This document shows positions 1 to 10,366 of a stretch of DNA of 64,000 nucleotides, in pieces. How positions within the stretch are numbered: position 1 is the first letter of the stretch; each line of letters begins with the position of its first letter. Position numbers and translations under genes: made by a program. The notes below the pieces were generated by a model, which saw nothing but the letters and a program-made list of their open reading frames with translations, did no database searches and was not told where the DNA came from. Source of the stretch: Saccharolobus solfataricus P2 (GTDB lineage: Archaea; Thermoproteota; Thermoprotei_A; Sulfolobales; Sulfolobaceae); NCBI RefSeq assembly GCF_000007005.1, contig NC_002754.1; one strand, 5' to 3'.

Positions 1-201
1 ATTTATGGAAGCGGTTAATGTAGTCATATGAGGTATTTTCATTTGTGACACATCTAGTTTAAAAATTGCCTTAAATACATTATTATTTGTCTCATAGCTC
101 TGCAATCCAGTTAGGCATTCAGCGAACTGTTTTGGATTAATTAAAAATCCCTTGACGGCCTCTATAGTTCTCTTTACATCAAAAGTTCCCTTAAACTCCA
201 T
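1..201 (-). CDS. CoxG/SRPBCC-family protein (5' part; runs off the window start)
   Basis: Manual translation from the ATG at 201, 2 nt after the glpA stop: MEFKGTFDVKRTIEAVKGFLINPKQFAECLTGLQS..., a CoxG-like N-terminus. Not in the ORF track. Confidence 0.65.
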   Translation of the reverse strand, partial: MEFKGTFDVKRTIEAVKGFLINPKQFAECLTGLQSYETNNNVFKAIFKLDVSQMKIPHMTTLTASIN

Positions 202-203
202 TT

Positions 204-1502
204 CTACATCGTCCCTCTAGAAATTAGCGATAGGAGGATATATAGCGAACTTAAATACCTTTCTTCATCTAAGGATCCTTTACGATCCAGAATGCTCCTT
301 ACTATTACTTTAGGTAGCCTAATTTTTTCAGCGTAATTTAATAAGTTAATATCATTAGGGCTGAGCAACTTAGTAGTAGCTGTCTTGCTTGCACTCTTAA
401 TCCCTAGTTTTGAGGAAACTAAATCAGCCACTCTTTCTCCAGCTAGTCTTCCCGTAGTGAACTTACCGCCTATTACGGATACTAGTCCACTTAGTCCATT
501 CTCCTTCTCATGATCTATTATTCTAAAGTCTCTTGAAGCCTCCCTAGCCGAGACTTCGCTCTTAATTAATGGCCTTACAGAAGCGTATGACCTAACTACC
601 CTCATATTCTTTAATTTTGGTATTAGATATGCTCCCTCATTTACTAGCATGGCAATATCCTCATCCGATATGGTGAAATTGTCTGGATCCTCAATAATAG
701 TAGCAGTAGTTCCTAAAATTGATGAGTCAGCGTATGGGACAATTATATCTCCATCAGAGGGTGGTCTCAGCCTATTGATTACCATATTATTAACCCTTTT
801 ATCAAACACGACTATAATTCCCGCAGTTGGCATTATAGGTATTTCCTCTAAACCAGCCATCTTTATTATATTGAATGACCAAGGTCCAGCTGTGTTAACT
901 ATGATGTCAGATTTTATCACGTTAGTATTGTTATTTATTTTATCTAAAACCTTAACTCCCTTAACGTTATTATTTTCTCTTATGATTTCAACTACCTCAT
1001 TGTACGTTAAAATTTTCGCTCCATTTAACGATGCAGTAATTGCAACGCTTGCCAATAAGTCATAACCGTAAACCACCTTATCGGGAACCCATATAGCCAT
1101 CTTTGTGTCCCTATTAATGAATGGCTCTTTTTGTAATACCTCCTTAACGTCTATGACTTTGCTCTCAATCCCCACTTTATTTAACGCTTTTATGAAAGTT
1201 TCAGAGAACTGTAAGTCGTCATCAGTGATGCCAAGAAATACTCCACCAGTATCTTTCACTGTATGAGGAGCTATCTTTGAAATTATTTTATTTTCTTGAA
1301 TGCACTCCCTAGCCGAATCTGGATCAGTTACAGCATATCTAGCCCCACTATGAAGAAGACCGTGAAATTTCCCAGAAGTCCCATATCCTATATCACCTCT
1401 ATCCACTAGCGTTACATCAATTCCTCTCAGTGCTAAGTCTAAGGCGGTAAATAAACCACTAACTCCTCCACCAATTACAGTTACCGTGGATTTAATCTCC
1501 AT
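204..1502 (-). CDS. glpA: FAD-dependent glycerol-3-phosphate dehydrogenase (GlpA-like)
   Basis: VIGGGVSG FAD motif, GTSGKFHGLLHSGARYA, GGKFTTGRL. Start placed at MEIKSTV (1502) rather than 1541. Confidence 0.85.
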   Translation of the reverse strand: MEIKSTVTVIGGGVSGLFTALDLALRGIDVTLVDRGDIGYGTSGKFHGLLHSGARYAVTDPDSARECIQENKIISKIAPHTVKDTGGVFLGITDDDLQFSETFIKALNKVGIESKVIDVKEVLQKEPFINRDTKMAIWVPDKVVYGYDLLASVAITASLNGAKILTYNEVVEIIRENNNVKGVKVLDKINNNTNVIKSDIIVNTAGPWSFNIIKMAGLEEIPIMPTAGIIVVFDKRVNNMVINRLRPPSDGDIIVPYADSSILGTTATIIEDPDNFTISDEDIAMLVNEGAYLIPKLKNMRVVRSYASVRPLIKSEVSAREASRDFRIIDHEKENGLSGLVSVIGGKFTTGRLAGERVADLVSSKLGIKSASKTATTKLLSPNDINLLNYAEKIRLPKVIVRSILDRKGSLDEERYLSSLYILLSLISRGTM

Positions 1503-1703
1503 AATAATGTGTAGTGGATTTAACATTAAAAATGTTGACATAGTTTAACTTGCATGAGAGCAACAGTTGACAAATTTTACTACATAACTCTCTCCATTTA
1601 GGGCGTTGAGAAAGTCAGAATAAGCCATGCTGTGATATGTATCGTTAACAGCTTCCGCTTTGAGGTTCTAAATGATTCCTACCCGTCATAACCAAGAATG
1701 GGA

Positions 1704-1887
1704 TAGCATTTATAGGAAAATCGTTACACTTTTACGTTACATTAAAAATATATAATAAATCTTTCCTGGTTAGATGAAAAATGTTTATTAATAAGCTATA
1801 ATATTAAGAAGTACAATGAAAGATATTTATAAATACATGGATAAATATTTTGACTTTTTATGATAAGGGAATTTCCTAAAACTACTA
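1704..1887. mobile_element. SM2-type MITE, copy 1 (184 bp)
   Basis: Imperfect TIR TAGCATTTATAGGAAA...TTTCCTAAAACTACTA; 6-bp TSD ATGGGA (1698-1703 / 1888-1893); near-identical to 17302 and 54701. Confidence 0.92.
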
Positions 1888-1957
1888 ATGGGATTTCTAC
1901 ATAGAATTGGATAACATTGGATTTCCTAGAAGTTTTAAAAATGATTAAATTAAAAAA

Positions 1958-3181
1958 TTACAAGAACTTACCATCTTCTACAGTTAACTTACCGTTTTTA
2001 ACTACTCTTCTAACTTTAGATAGATCCCTTATGTTTTCAGTTGGATCTCCATCTATTACTATGATATCGGCATCCTTCCCCACTTCTATGGCTCCAGCGT
2101 TAATTCCAATGGCAAACGCCGAATTATAGGTTGAGGCTCTTAATGAACTAATTGTAGATAAACCTCCTCTTTCTACCAAGAGCACACTTTCCATCCAATT
2201 TTTACCTATATCTATTTCCTCTAATCCAGTTTCAAAACCCAAATCCGTTCCAGTTATTATCATGACTCCATACTCCTCTGCCTTTTTAACTACATTTACA
2301 ACGCTCTCTCTTACTTCGTTGATCTTTTGTAGCCCCCACTCATCAACTCCTATTTGCTTACCATATTTATATATTAATTCTTGGATTGTAAGCGTGGGTG
2401 TTAAGGTTACATTTCTCTCTCTCATAAGCTTTAATGTCTCGTCCCTAAGTAGAGTTCCATGCTCTAATGTCTTTATCCCAGCCTCAACAGCGATTCTGGC
2501 TCCTTTATCCCCATGAGCGTGAGCAGCAACATAAGTATTTATTTTTTCAGCTTCATTAACTATTGCACTAATCTCCTCGTAGCTCAGCTGTGGGTGTTCC
2601 GGCCTATCTCTTTGTGATAATACTCCTCCAGTAGCAAATATTTTAATAAAGTCAGCTCCATCTCTTAAAACTTTCCTTGATGCGCGAATACATGATTCTA
2701 CTCCGTCACAAAATTCTGAAAAACTTAATGCCATCGAAAACTCTAAGGGAACATCATGACTTAGTTCGCCATGTCCGAAAGTTTGACTTATAGGCTTTCC
2801 CGCTGCAATAATTCTGGGTCCATTTATTATCCCTTCACTCACGCCTCTCTTTAGAGCTAATGATATTGTTTCGCCACAATCTCTAACAGTAGTGAACCCA
2901 GCTAACAGCAATTTCTCTAGCCACTTAGAAGCCCTTAACACTCTATACTCTGGTTTCTCAAACATTGTTTTTAACAAACTCCCTCCTTTAATACCAGTAA
3001 GGTGAATATGCGCATCTATTAGCCCGGGCATTACAAACATATCTTTGGCATCGATCTCAATTTTAGCTTGCTTATTCTCTTTAGATATCTCTACAATTTT
3101 ACCATCCTTTACGTAAATATTAACCTTTCCCACAACTCCTTTACCATTAAATACGTTACCATTCTTTATTCCTAAATCCAA
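1958..3181 (-). CDS. Metal-dependent amidohydrolase (prolidase/Xaa-Pro dipeptidase-like)
   Basis: PGLIDAHIH, FIKIFATGG, AAHAHG, EHG and GTD motifs. Confidence 0.85.
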   Translation of the reverse strand: MDLGIKNGNVFNGKGVVGKVNIYVKDGKIVEISKENKQAKIEIDAKDMFVMPGLIDAHIHLTGIKGGSLLKTMFEKPEYRVLRASKWLEKLLLAGFTTVRDCGETISLALKRGVSEGIINGPRIIAAGKPISQTFGHGELSHDVPLEFSMALSFSEFCDGVESCIRASRKVLRDGADFIKIFATGGVLSQRDRPEHPQLSYEEISAIVNEAEKINTYVAAHAHGDKGARIAVEAGIKTLEHGTLLRDETLKLMRERNVTLTPTLTIQELIYKYGKQIGVDEWGLQKINEVRESVVNVVKKAEEYGVMIITGTDLGFETGLEEIDIGKNWMESVLLVERGGLSTISSLRASTYNSAFAIGINAGAIEVGKDADIIVIDGDPTENIRDLSKVRRVVKNGKLTVEDGKFL

Positions 3182-3188
3182 TATTCTA

Positions 3189-4469
3189 TCACCTTACTCT
3201 TTCCTGCCCTTCAAATATTGTCCCCTTAGTCTCCTTATATAACAAATAGGCTATTAATGTTATTACCATCCCTGCTATACCCCAATATACCGGAGCTAGC
3301 TTATAACCTGTAGCGTATATTAAATAACTTGCAATAAATGGTGTTGTACCTCCAAAAACTGCAACTCCTACATGATAGTCGAAGGATAATGCCGTATATC
3401 TAACTTTAGTTGGAAACAGTTCAGTTAAGGCAGCAGCATAAGCTGCAGTTGAAAATGAGCCTATTGTTGAGTATAAAATTTGAGCTAATAATATTAATGA
3501 GAACTGACCGGTAGAAATTAAGTAGAAGTACGGATACACAAGAATTAATAGACCGACTGCGGTAGTTATCATCATTGGTTTCCTCCCTATCTTATCAGCC
3601 AGTAGTGAAAATGCAAGTATACATATAGCTTCCACAATATATCCTATTGTTAACGCTAATGAAACAGTCTTCGCTGGTACTCCTATTACAGTTTCTAAAT
3701 AAGAAGCCGCGAAAACACTAGTAGCATAAGTTAACGTAGTTCCACCTATAATAAATCCTAAACCTAATAATATTCTCTTCCAGTAGAGTCTGAATGCTTC
3801 AGCAAGGGGGAATTTTGATATCTGGCCCATTTCCCTAACGTTCTTGAAAACTGGTGATTCTGAAATTTTTAATCTAATAATTACTCCAATTACAGCAATA
3901 AATGCTCCAATTATGAAAAGTATTCTCCAACCAGTAGAGGCAAAAGCAGGAGGAGACATAATACTACTAAAAATGAATATTAATCCAGTAGCCATTAAGG
4001 GTCCTACTCCTTGAGCCATCTGAGCAATTCCTATATAAAAAGCTCTATTAGTGGGTTTAGCAAACTCGGCAGATAATGTTATACCACCACCGAATTCGCC
4101 TCCTAAAGAAAAACCTTGGAGAAGCCTTAAAACTGTTAATAACGTAGGAGCTAAGATTCCCAATACTGCATAGCTTGGCAATAAACCAGTAAACAAGGAT
4201 GATAACCCCATTAACGACATAGTTACAATTAGGGTATATTTCCTTCCTATCTTGTCACCAAGGTGGCCGAATACTATAGCGCCCAACGGTCTACCTGCAA
4301 ATCCCGTAGCGAAAACTGCTAATGTATCTAACAAAGATACTATCTTGTTGGTTGATGGAAAGAACAAGCTAGCCAGAATACTCGATACGAAACCAAATAT
4401 TAAAAAATCATAAAACTCGAAGGCGATACCTATCATGGCAGCTATGGAAACTTTAGTTTCATCTTTCAT
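3189..4469 (-). CDS. MFS transporter, metabolite:H+ symporter (ProP-like)
   Basis: FEFYDFLIFG, GDKIGRK, RLLQGFSLGGEFGG, ELFPTKVRYT; about 12 TM segments. Confidence 0.9.
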   Translation of the reverse strand: MKDETKVSIAAMIGIAFEFYDFLIFGFVSSILASLFFPSTNKIVSLLDTLAVFATGFAGRPLGAIVFGHLGDKIGRKYTLIVTMSLMGLSSLFTGLLPSYAVLGILAPTLLTVLRLLQGFSLGGEFGGGITLSAEFAKPTNRAFYIGIAQMAQGVGPLMATGLIFIFSSIMSPPAFASTGWRILFIIGAFIAVIGVIIRLKISESPVFKNVREMGQISKFPLAEAFRLYWKRILLGLGFIIGGTTLTYATSVFAASYLETVIGVPAKTVSLALTIGYIVEAICILAFSLLADKIGRKPMMITTAVGLLILVYPYFYLISTGQFSLILLAQILYSTIGSFSTAAYAAALTELFPTKVRYTALSFDYHVGVAVFGGTTPFIASYLIYATGYKLAPVYWGIAGMVITLIAYLLYKETKGTIFEGQERVR

Positions 4470-5077
4470 AACTTTTCATCATCTTTAACTCTCTTAAATT
4501 TTTTTCTCATTTTAAGTTAGATGGCAACATGAGCAAAATACTTAATAAATTAAAATTTACTCACAATTATCCTAGGAACGCAATGCAAGAGATTAATCTT
4601 TATTTAATAATGTTAAATTAAACTTTACATAGCCGGAACAAGACTCAAATTACGTTTCTAGATTCATGCGACATGATGTCCAAGATCAATTACGAACACA
4701 TATTGAAGAAGCTAGGAAAAGTTTCAAGGATAGATCTTCCCAAGATAGTTAGTGCTTTCAGAAAGTTTATAGCTTTAGGCAAAGGATATACCACTAGATC
4801 ATAGTCTAAGAACTTTTCCAAAATACTAGTGAAGAAAGTGATATGGGGTTGCATAATACGACTCAACATAATCAACTTCTTAGACGAAAAATACTACGAT
4901 TTATAAACCTGAGTCTCTGACCACTTGGCCTAATTCTTCCATTCTAGATACTTTATCACACTTTTCGTGCTCTTAATTTTCTTTAATAATTTCCAAATTT
5001 TTCATTATTTAATCTCGGCATAATCATAATAAAAAGTTTTTAAGGTGTTTAGAGTTACTGTCGCTTTTTAGAAATCC

Positions 5078-5446
5078 CTAATTATTTAAAAAAGACAACC
5101 CAATTTCTTTTGCTAGATCCTCTAGTCTCTTAGCTTCTTTTTTCATTTCTTTAATCAAAAGAGATTTAGGCTCCTTCCATTCTTCGGGTGTAAAAGCAAA
5201 GAATTCTACGCGTGCTCTCAAGTGCTTTCCAAGTTTTTCAAGCCTATCAATATACCTTAAGCCTTCAAAGTCTCGTGATATTATGACTAAATCTATGTCA
5301 CTCGTCTCTAAGTAATCTCCTCTGGCCCTAGAACCCACTACGTACACATCTTCAATTCTAATTTCATTACTTATATCATTAATAAATTCTATTGCAACCT
5401 TTACCAATTCAACTTGACTTTTTAATGCAGATTTCGCCTTACCCAT
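5078..5446 (-). CDS. Minimal nucleotidyltransferase (MNT), antitoxin partner of HEPN
   Basis: GSRARGDYLETSDIDL motif; overlaps the HEPN gene by 25 nt. Confidence 0.88.
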   Translation of the reverse strand: MGKAKSALKSQVELVKVAIEFINDISNEIRIEDVYVVGSRARGDYLETSDIDLVIISRDFEGLRYIDRLEKLGKHLRARVEFFAFTPEEWKEPKSLLIKEMKKEAKRLEDLAKEIGLSFLNN

Positions 5447-5811
5447 TCTATCACTTTTTCCGCTTTTTTTACTAACTCCTCAGCATCTTCCTTAGTGTAC
5501 AACGAGTAAGGTATTGTATTCGCCGCATCTGGATACCTAGAGATAGTGTAATGCAAAGTAAGTTTGTTTACTTCGCTCCTTATCTCCTCTACTGGCAATC
5601 CTATCTCCTCCTTTATTACATATAATAATTGGTTTAAATCGTGTGTCCTCTCGATCTTTCCATTCTCTATCAAGAGGGCCTTTAGAGCTTTCTCAGCAGC
5701 TTGCTCTGCCCAAAAGGCTGAAGCATAATAGTGACCAGTCGTAATGGTGTCTTTAGCCGTTGCCAAATCCTCTAAGGCTTGTCTAAACCATTTTTGTGCC
5801 TCTTCTCTCAT
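5422..5811 (-). CDS. HEPN-domain protein
   Basis: QAAEKALKALL...THDL...YTISRYPD signature; directly upstream of MNT. Confidence 0.88.
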   Translation of the reverse strand: MREEAQKWFRQALEDLATAKDTITTGHYYASAFWAEQAAEKALKALLIENGKIERTHDLNQLLYVIKEEIGLPVEEIRSEVNKLTLHYTISRYPDAANTIPYSLYTKEDAEELVKKAEKVIEWVRRNLH

Positions 5812-6017
5812 CAATTTAGATTAGCATCTAACTCTTTTAATCATAACTATTCTGACGAGAAGTGTGGAGGTAACAGTTGAATTCTGTTCCATGTTAGCAG
5901 AACTCTTTTTCTATCATTTATTGTCAGATAAAATGTGGAAAGAATACTGAGACCTAAGGAAGCTTGTCAATTACTAGGAGTTTCCTATTTATCGCTAATA
6001 TTGAATCAGATATCTAA

Positions 6018-6590
6018 TTAGGTTTTACTCTGGACCAATTTAACGTTACCTTTCTCTATTACAACGTAACCCCTATCATTGTATAAATTTTCTACATTAG
6101 ACAAAGTACCCGCATTTACGCAATTAATACTCTTAAAATACCTTAATGCGTGAGAGTGACCTAATATTATCGTAGCATTGAAATTCATGAGCATAATTCT
6201 AAAAAATATACAGAAGAGAAAGGGTGGAATATTATCATTTATTTTCTTTAAGATTTTGGCTATACTATATTCATCACTTTCATTAAAGTATTGATGACCA
6301 TGAAGGAGAATAAAACGTCTACCATTATTCTTAATCTTGACTAAATCAAAATCTCCTCTAAACTTATCTTCATCACCTCTAACATAGATTATATTCTTTC
6401 TGATTTTTAGGCTATTGATAAAATTTCTATAATCCTCGCTTTTAGAGACAACTATATCCCCTAAGAGAACAGTAAGGGAGGGTTTCTCAGATAGCATTAT
6501 TTTATTTATCTCTTCCGTATTGCAGTAGGGGTAATGAATGTCAGATAGAATCAATATCTTACCGTCCCATTCAATGGAAATCTCTCTCAA
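6018..6590 (-). CDS. Calcineurin-like metallophosphoesterase
   Basis: SDIH, LGD, RGDED (in place of GNHD), HGH and GHSH motifs. Confidence 0.8.
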   Translation of the reverse strand: MREISIEWDGKILILSDIHYPYCNTEEINKIMLSEKPSLTVLLGDIVVSKSEDYRNFINSLKIRKNIIYVRGDEDKFRGDFDLVKIKNNGRRFILLHGHQYFNESDEYSIAKILKKINDNIPPFLFCIFFRIMLMNFNATIILGHSHALRYFKSINCVNAGTLSNVENLYNDRGYVVIEKGNVKLVQSKT

Positions 6591-6631
6591 ACTTTTTATC
6601 CCTATGGTATAATTTTAATCGGTGGTAAAAA

Positions 6632-7045
6632 ATGAAGGTGTACTTCGATGATATATACGTCTCTACAGCGAGGCAGTTTGAGTTAGTTGACATTACTGAC
6701 CAAGTTGAGCAGATTGTGGAAAAGAGTGGTATAAAAAATGGGATTTGTCTAATATTCGTAGCCCACTCAACTGCGGCAATAGTTGCTAACGAACACGAAA
6801 GAGGTTTGATGGAGGACATTTTAACTAAGATAAAGGAGTTTACAGAACCTTCAAGAAGTTGGAAACATAATCTAATTGACGACAACGCACACGCCCACTT
6901 AGGGGCGACTTTTCTAGGAGCAGAAAGAGTATTCCCTGTTAGAGAAGGTAAATTAGTTAGAGGAACATGGCAGAATATATTTTTAGTGGAATTAGATGGT
7001 CCTAGAAGCGAGAGACATATCACAGTTGAGATTTTAGGAGAGTAA
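6632..7045 (+). CDS. YjbQ/UPF0047 family protein
   Basis: [27 protein letters not shown] motifs. Confidence 0.9.
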   Translation: MKVYFDDIYVSTARQFELVDITDQVEQIVEKSGIKNGICLIFVAHSTAAIVANEHERGLMEDILTKIKEFTEPSRSWKHNLIDDNAHAHLGATFLGAERVFPVREGKLVRGTWQNIFLVELDGPRSERHITVEILGE

Positions 7046-8002
7046 CCAAATTTGCCACGAATACAAGTAATAGCCCATTATTGCAGTACCTTGGTTGTCA
7101 CTAAACTCCATGCCAACTTGTATTGCATCTAGATAGTACGTGTTTACATTATATATATTTACCCCAGCTTTTTCTATATAAGAACCCATATTCTTTAATA
7201 TATAACCTATGGGCACCCCGAATTCTGCCTTAGGTTCTTTTAAGGGTGATAGAAAGTAAACTCCCGTCCAGCCGTTAGCTGAGCCAGTTCTAGGCAAGAC
7301 GTAGACTTCCCAACTCAAGTTCTCAATTTTACCATTAATAAGTGTTGGAATGCTCATGTTGCCAACATATATGAAATATGGCGTATGCGACAAGTTCTCA
7401 TTCCAATACATCCAAATCATTATTTCGAAATCGCCATATTGTAAAGAAGTTATGTTTGGATTTTGTGAAAGCCAAATATCATAGGAGAAGTCGTCGATAC
7501 TTCCGTTAATAAGATAAACGGAGTAATTGAGAATCGAATAGAAGTTTGGTAAGCGTAAAACAATCATTGGTAAGGATAGGAATTGAAGTTGTGTGGTTCT
7601 GTACATAAATGGCCACCATAATTCTTGACCATACATTAAACCCGGATAGCCATCAACTACATTTGATGATATCTTACTTATTTGAGATAGGTTTATGGCT
7701 ACGTGTAAATAGTTGATATTTATGGTCATATTGACGTTTCCTAGAGCGTATCCTATATTCCACAAGAACGGCGAGACCATCAAAGTGGCATTTGTTGATG
7801 AATTCAGTATAGCTAAAGCATCTGCAGAATTACTAGAATAGTTACCAAGTACACTGAAAGGACGATTATGAGCGGGGAAAAGAGTGAACCTTTCGGTACT
7901 TCTTGTCAAGCTAGCATTTTGATGGAACTTTCCAAATTCTATAGACACAATTATGCCTAGTACAATTATTACCACGACAAATATAGGAATCAGCTTATTC
8001 AT
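7034..8002 (-). CDS. celB: Secreted or membrane-anchored GH12 endo-1,4-beta-glucanase
   Basis: N-terminal hydrophobic anchor; GYPGLMYG; catalytic Glu contexts DFEIMIW and IQVGMEF; many N-X-S/T sequons. The 3' end overlaps the convergent yjbQ by 12 nt. Confidence 0.85.
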   Translation of the reverse strand: MNKLIPIFVVVIIVLGIIVSIEFGKFHQNASLTRSTERFTLFPAHNRPFSVLGNYSSNSADALAILNSSTNATLMVSPFLWNIGYALGNVNMTININYLHVAINLSQISKISSNVVDGYPGLMYGQELWWPFMYRTTQLQFLSLPMIVLRLPNFYSILNYSVYLINGSIDDFSYDIWLSQNPNITSLQYGDFEIMIWMYWNENLSHTPYFIYVGNMSIPTLINGKIENLSWEVYVLPRTGSANGWTGVYFLSPLKEPKAEFGVPIGYILKNMGSYIEKAGVNIYNVNTYYLDAIQVGMEFSDNQGTAIMGYYLYSWQIWLLS

Positions 8003-8376
8003 AAGATACTATTTACTCTAACATTATTTAAAAATTAGTTTAGACTCGGTCTAGTTTATCTATTGACTATTCTTTTTCAATAAACTACTATATTATCTTA
8101 CTTTCAATTAATCTCAAAGTGTGCAGTTTAGGTTTGTAATACCTCTTAAACGTTTGTGAAAATTCAACAAAACCCCCAAGACATTAGTGCAAAAAGTTAA
8201 CATACCCAAGACACTTGATCCAACTCATAAAATAACTAAACGATAATTGGAAATTCTGTATCGCTAAATATAAATTACAAAACTACGATAATTTTTTTAT
8301 CTTAAATTTTGGGACTTTATCATGATTAATTTATAAGACCAACAATGCTTAAGATATCCCTTGAAATATTAGATTT

Positions 8377-9117
8377 ATGACAAAAATCCTTTTGGAGAAG
8401 AGAAAAGACGTTTGTTGGATAACATTGAATAGACCTGAAAAGTTAAATGCGTTAGATAAGGAAAGCTGGAGTCTTTTAGCGAATCATTTAGGAGAATGTA
8501 ACAATGATCAGTCAATTTCAGCGATAGTCTTAACAGGTAATGGAAGAGCTTTCTCTGCGGGAGATGACATAAACGCGATGTTAGAACTAAAAGATCAAAA
8601 GGATGCTCTAGATTTCTTCAACACATTATATAGCGCAGTGGAAAGCTTAGTGGATTTGAAAAAGCCACTAGTTTGTGCTGTTAACGGACTAGCTTATGGT
8701 GGTGGATGCGAGATACTCCTTTTCTGTGATATCGTAATTGCAGTTAAAGATGCTACTTTTTCCATTCCAGAGGGAAGGTTAGGATTAATTCCTCCAATCG
8801 CAATATCCTTGGGTTATTTAATTTTGGGTAGGTCAATTGCCAGGTTAGCATTGACTGGAGATTCTATAACTGCTGAAGAGGCTAAGATGATTGGACTGGT
8901 GGATATTGTTGTTGCAAATGAAGACCTCCTCACAGAAGTTGAGAGACAATTGGAAAAAATTAAAAGTATTGATAGGAGTTCTATTCTAACAATAAAAAAT
9001 TGGTTAAGAGATGATAAGGAGAAGATAAGGAAGGCGGTTATGGAATTAGCGTTGATGGCGTTGGGTAATTCCGCAAAAGAGAAAATGAAGGAATTCATGA
9101 ACAGAAAACGATCATAA
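8377..9117 (+). CDS. Enoyl-CoA hydratase/isomerase (crotonase) family
   Basis: LNRPEKLNAL, AFSAGDDI, GGGCE, PEGRLGLIP. Confidence 0.9.
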   Translation: MTKILLEKRKDVCWITLNRPEKLNALDKESWSLLANHLGECNNDQSISAIVLTGNGRAFSAGDDINAMLELKDQKDALDFFNTLYSAVESLVDLKKPLVCAVNGLAYGGGCEILLFCDIVIAVKDATFSIPEGRLGLIPPIAISLGYLILGRSIARLALTGDSITAEEAKMIGLVDIVVANEDLLTEVERQLEKIKSIDRSSILTIKNWLRDDKEKIRKAVMELALMALGNSAKEKMKEFMNRKRS

Positions 9118-9193
9118 TAGTGGTTGCCATTGCCTTTGTCTATATAAATCTTAATATCATAATACTCTAGACAATTGTCAGTAATGCTATTAC

Positions 9194-9203
9194 GTTATAT
9201 AAC
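9194..9203 (+). promoter_or_regulatory. Perfect palindrome GTTATATAAC upstream of adh (possible regulator site)
   Basis: 10-bp palindrome about 50 nt before the adh ATG, in an AT-rich promoter region. Confidence 0.35.
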
Positions 9204-9253
9204 ATTATAATATTTAATAATACGAAAAACCTATTTATATTTTATGAAGTAGC

Positions 9254-10297
9254 ATGAGAGCAGTTAGATTAGTAGAAATAGGAAAACCCCTTAGCTTACA
9301 AGAGATAGGTGTGCCTAAACCCAAAGGACCTCAAGTCTTAATAAAAGTAGAGGCAGCGGGAGTTTGTCATTCTGATGTGCACATGAGACAAGGAAGGTTT
9401 GGGAATTTAAGAATAGTGGAGGATTTGGGTGTAAAATTGCCCGTAACTTTAGGTCATGAGATTGCAGGAAAAATAGAGGAAGTTGGAGATGAAGTAGTTG
9501 GATATTCTAAGGGGGATCTAGTTGCAGTTAATCCTTGGCAGGGAGAAGGAAATTGCTACTATTGTAGAATAGGAGAGGAGCATCTGTGTGACTCTCCTAG
9601 ATGGTTGGGGATTAATTTTGATGGAGCTTATGCAGAGTATGTAATAGTTCCTCATTATAAATATATGTATAAGCTGAGAAGACTTAACGCTGTAGAAGCA
9701 GCACCGTTAACTTGTTCTGGAATAACTACATATAGGGCAGTAAGAAAGGCATCTTTAGATCCAACTAAGACACTACTAGTAGTGGGTGCTGGAGGAGGCT
9801 TAGGCACAATGGCAGTGCAGATAGCCAAAGCTGTTAGTGGTGCAACGATAATAGGTGTGGATGTGAGGGAAGAGGCAGTGGAGGCTGCTAAGAGAGCTGG
9901 AGCTGACTACGTAATAAACGCATCAATGCAAGACCCCTTAGCGGAGATAAGAAGGATAACTGAAAGTAAGGGAGTGGATGCCGTAATAGACCTGAATAAC
10001 TCTGAGAAAACGCTTTCAGTTTACCCTAAAGCTTTGGCAAAACAAGGTAAATACGTAATGGTGGGATTGTTTGGTGCAGATTTGCATTATCATGCACCTC
10101 TAATAACTTTATCAGAAATACAATTTGTAGGCAGTTTAGTTGGGAATCAATCAGACTTCTTGGGGATAATGAGATTAGCAGAGGCTGGTAAAGTCAAACC
10201 TATGATAACTAAAACTATGAAACTAGAAGAGGCAAATGAGGCTATTGATAATTTAGAGAATTTTAAGGCTATTGGAAGACAAGTACTCATACCATAA
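9254..10297 (+). CDS. adh: NAD-dependent zinc alcohol dehydrogenase (SsADH)
   Basis: GVCHSD, GHE, structural Zn site E-C-C-C, GAGGGLG; N-terminus [13 protein letters not shown] matches the well-known S. solfataricus ADH. Confidence 0.97.
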
Positions 10298-10366
10298 AAA
10301 GGAAAAACTTAAGTTATTTTTTTACAAAATATTTATTCTCAATAGAGTTAGAAGATATAAGATATT

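Noticed and set aside
1503-1541. Extended glpA N-terminus from 1541
   Set aside because: The FAD-binding fold starts right after MEIKSTV; the extension looks like promoter DNA.
4674-4910. Possible gene relic (short ORFs on both strands)
   Set aside because: No recognisable motif and no family can be supported.
8176-8222. CCCAAGACA direct repeat upstream of the GH12 gene
   Set aside because: Only two 9-bp copies, with no independent evidence of a binding site or MITE.
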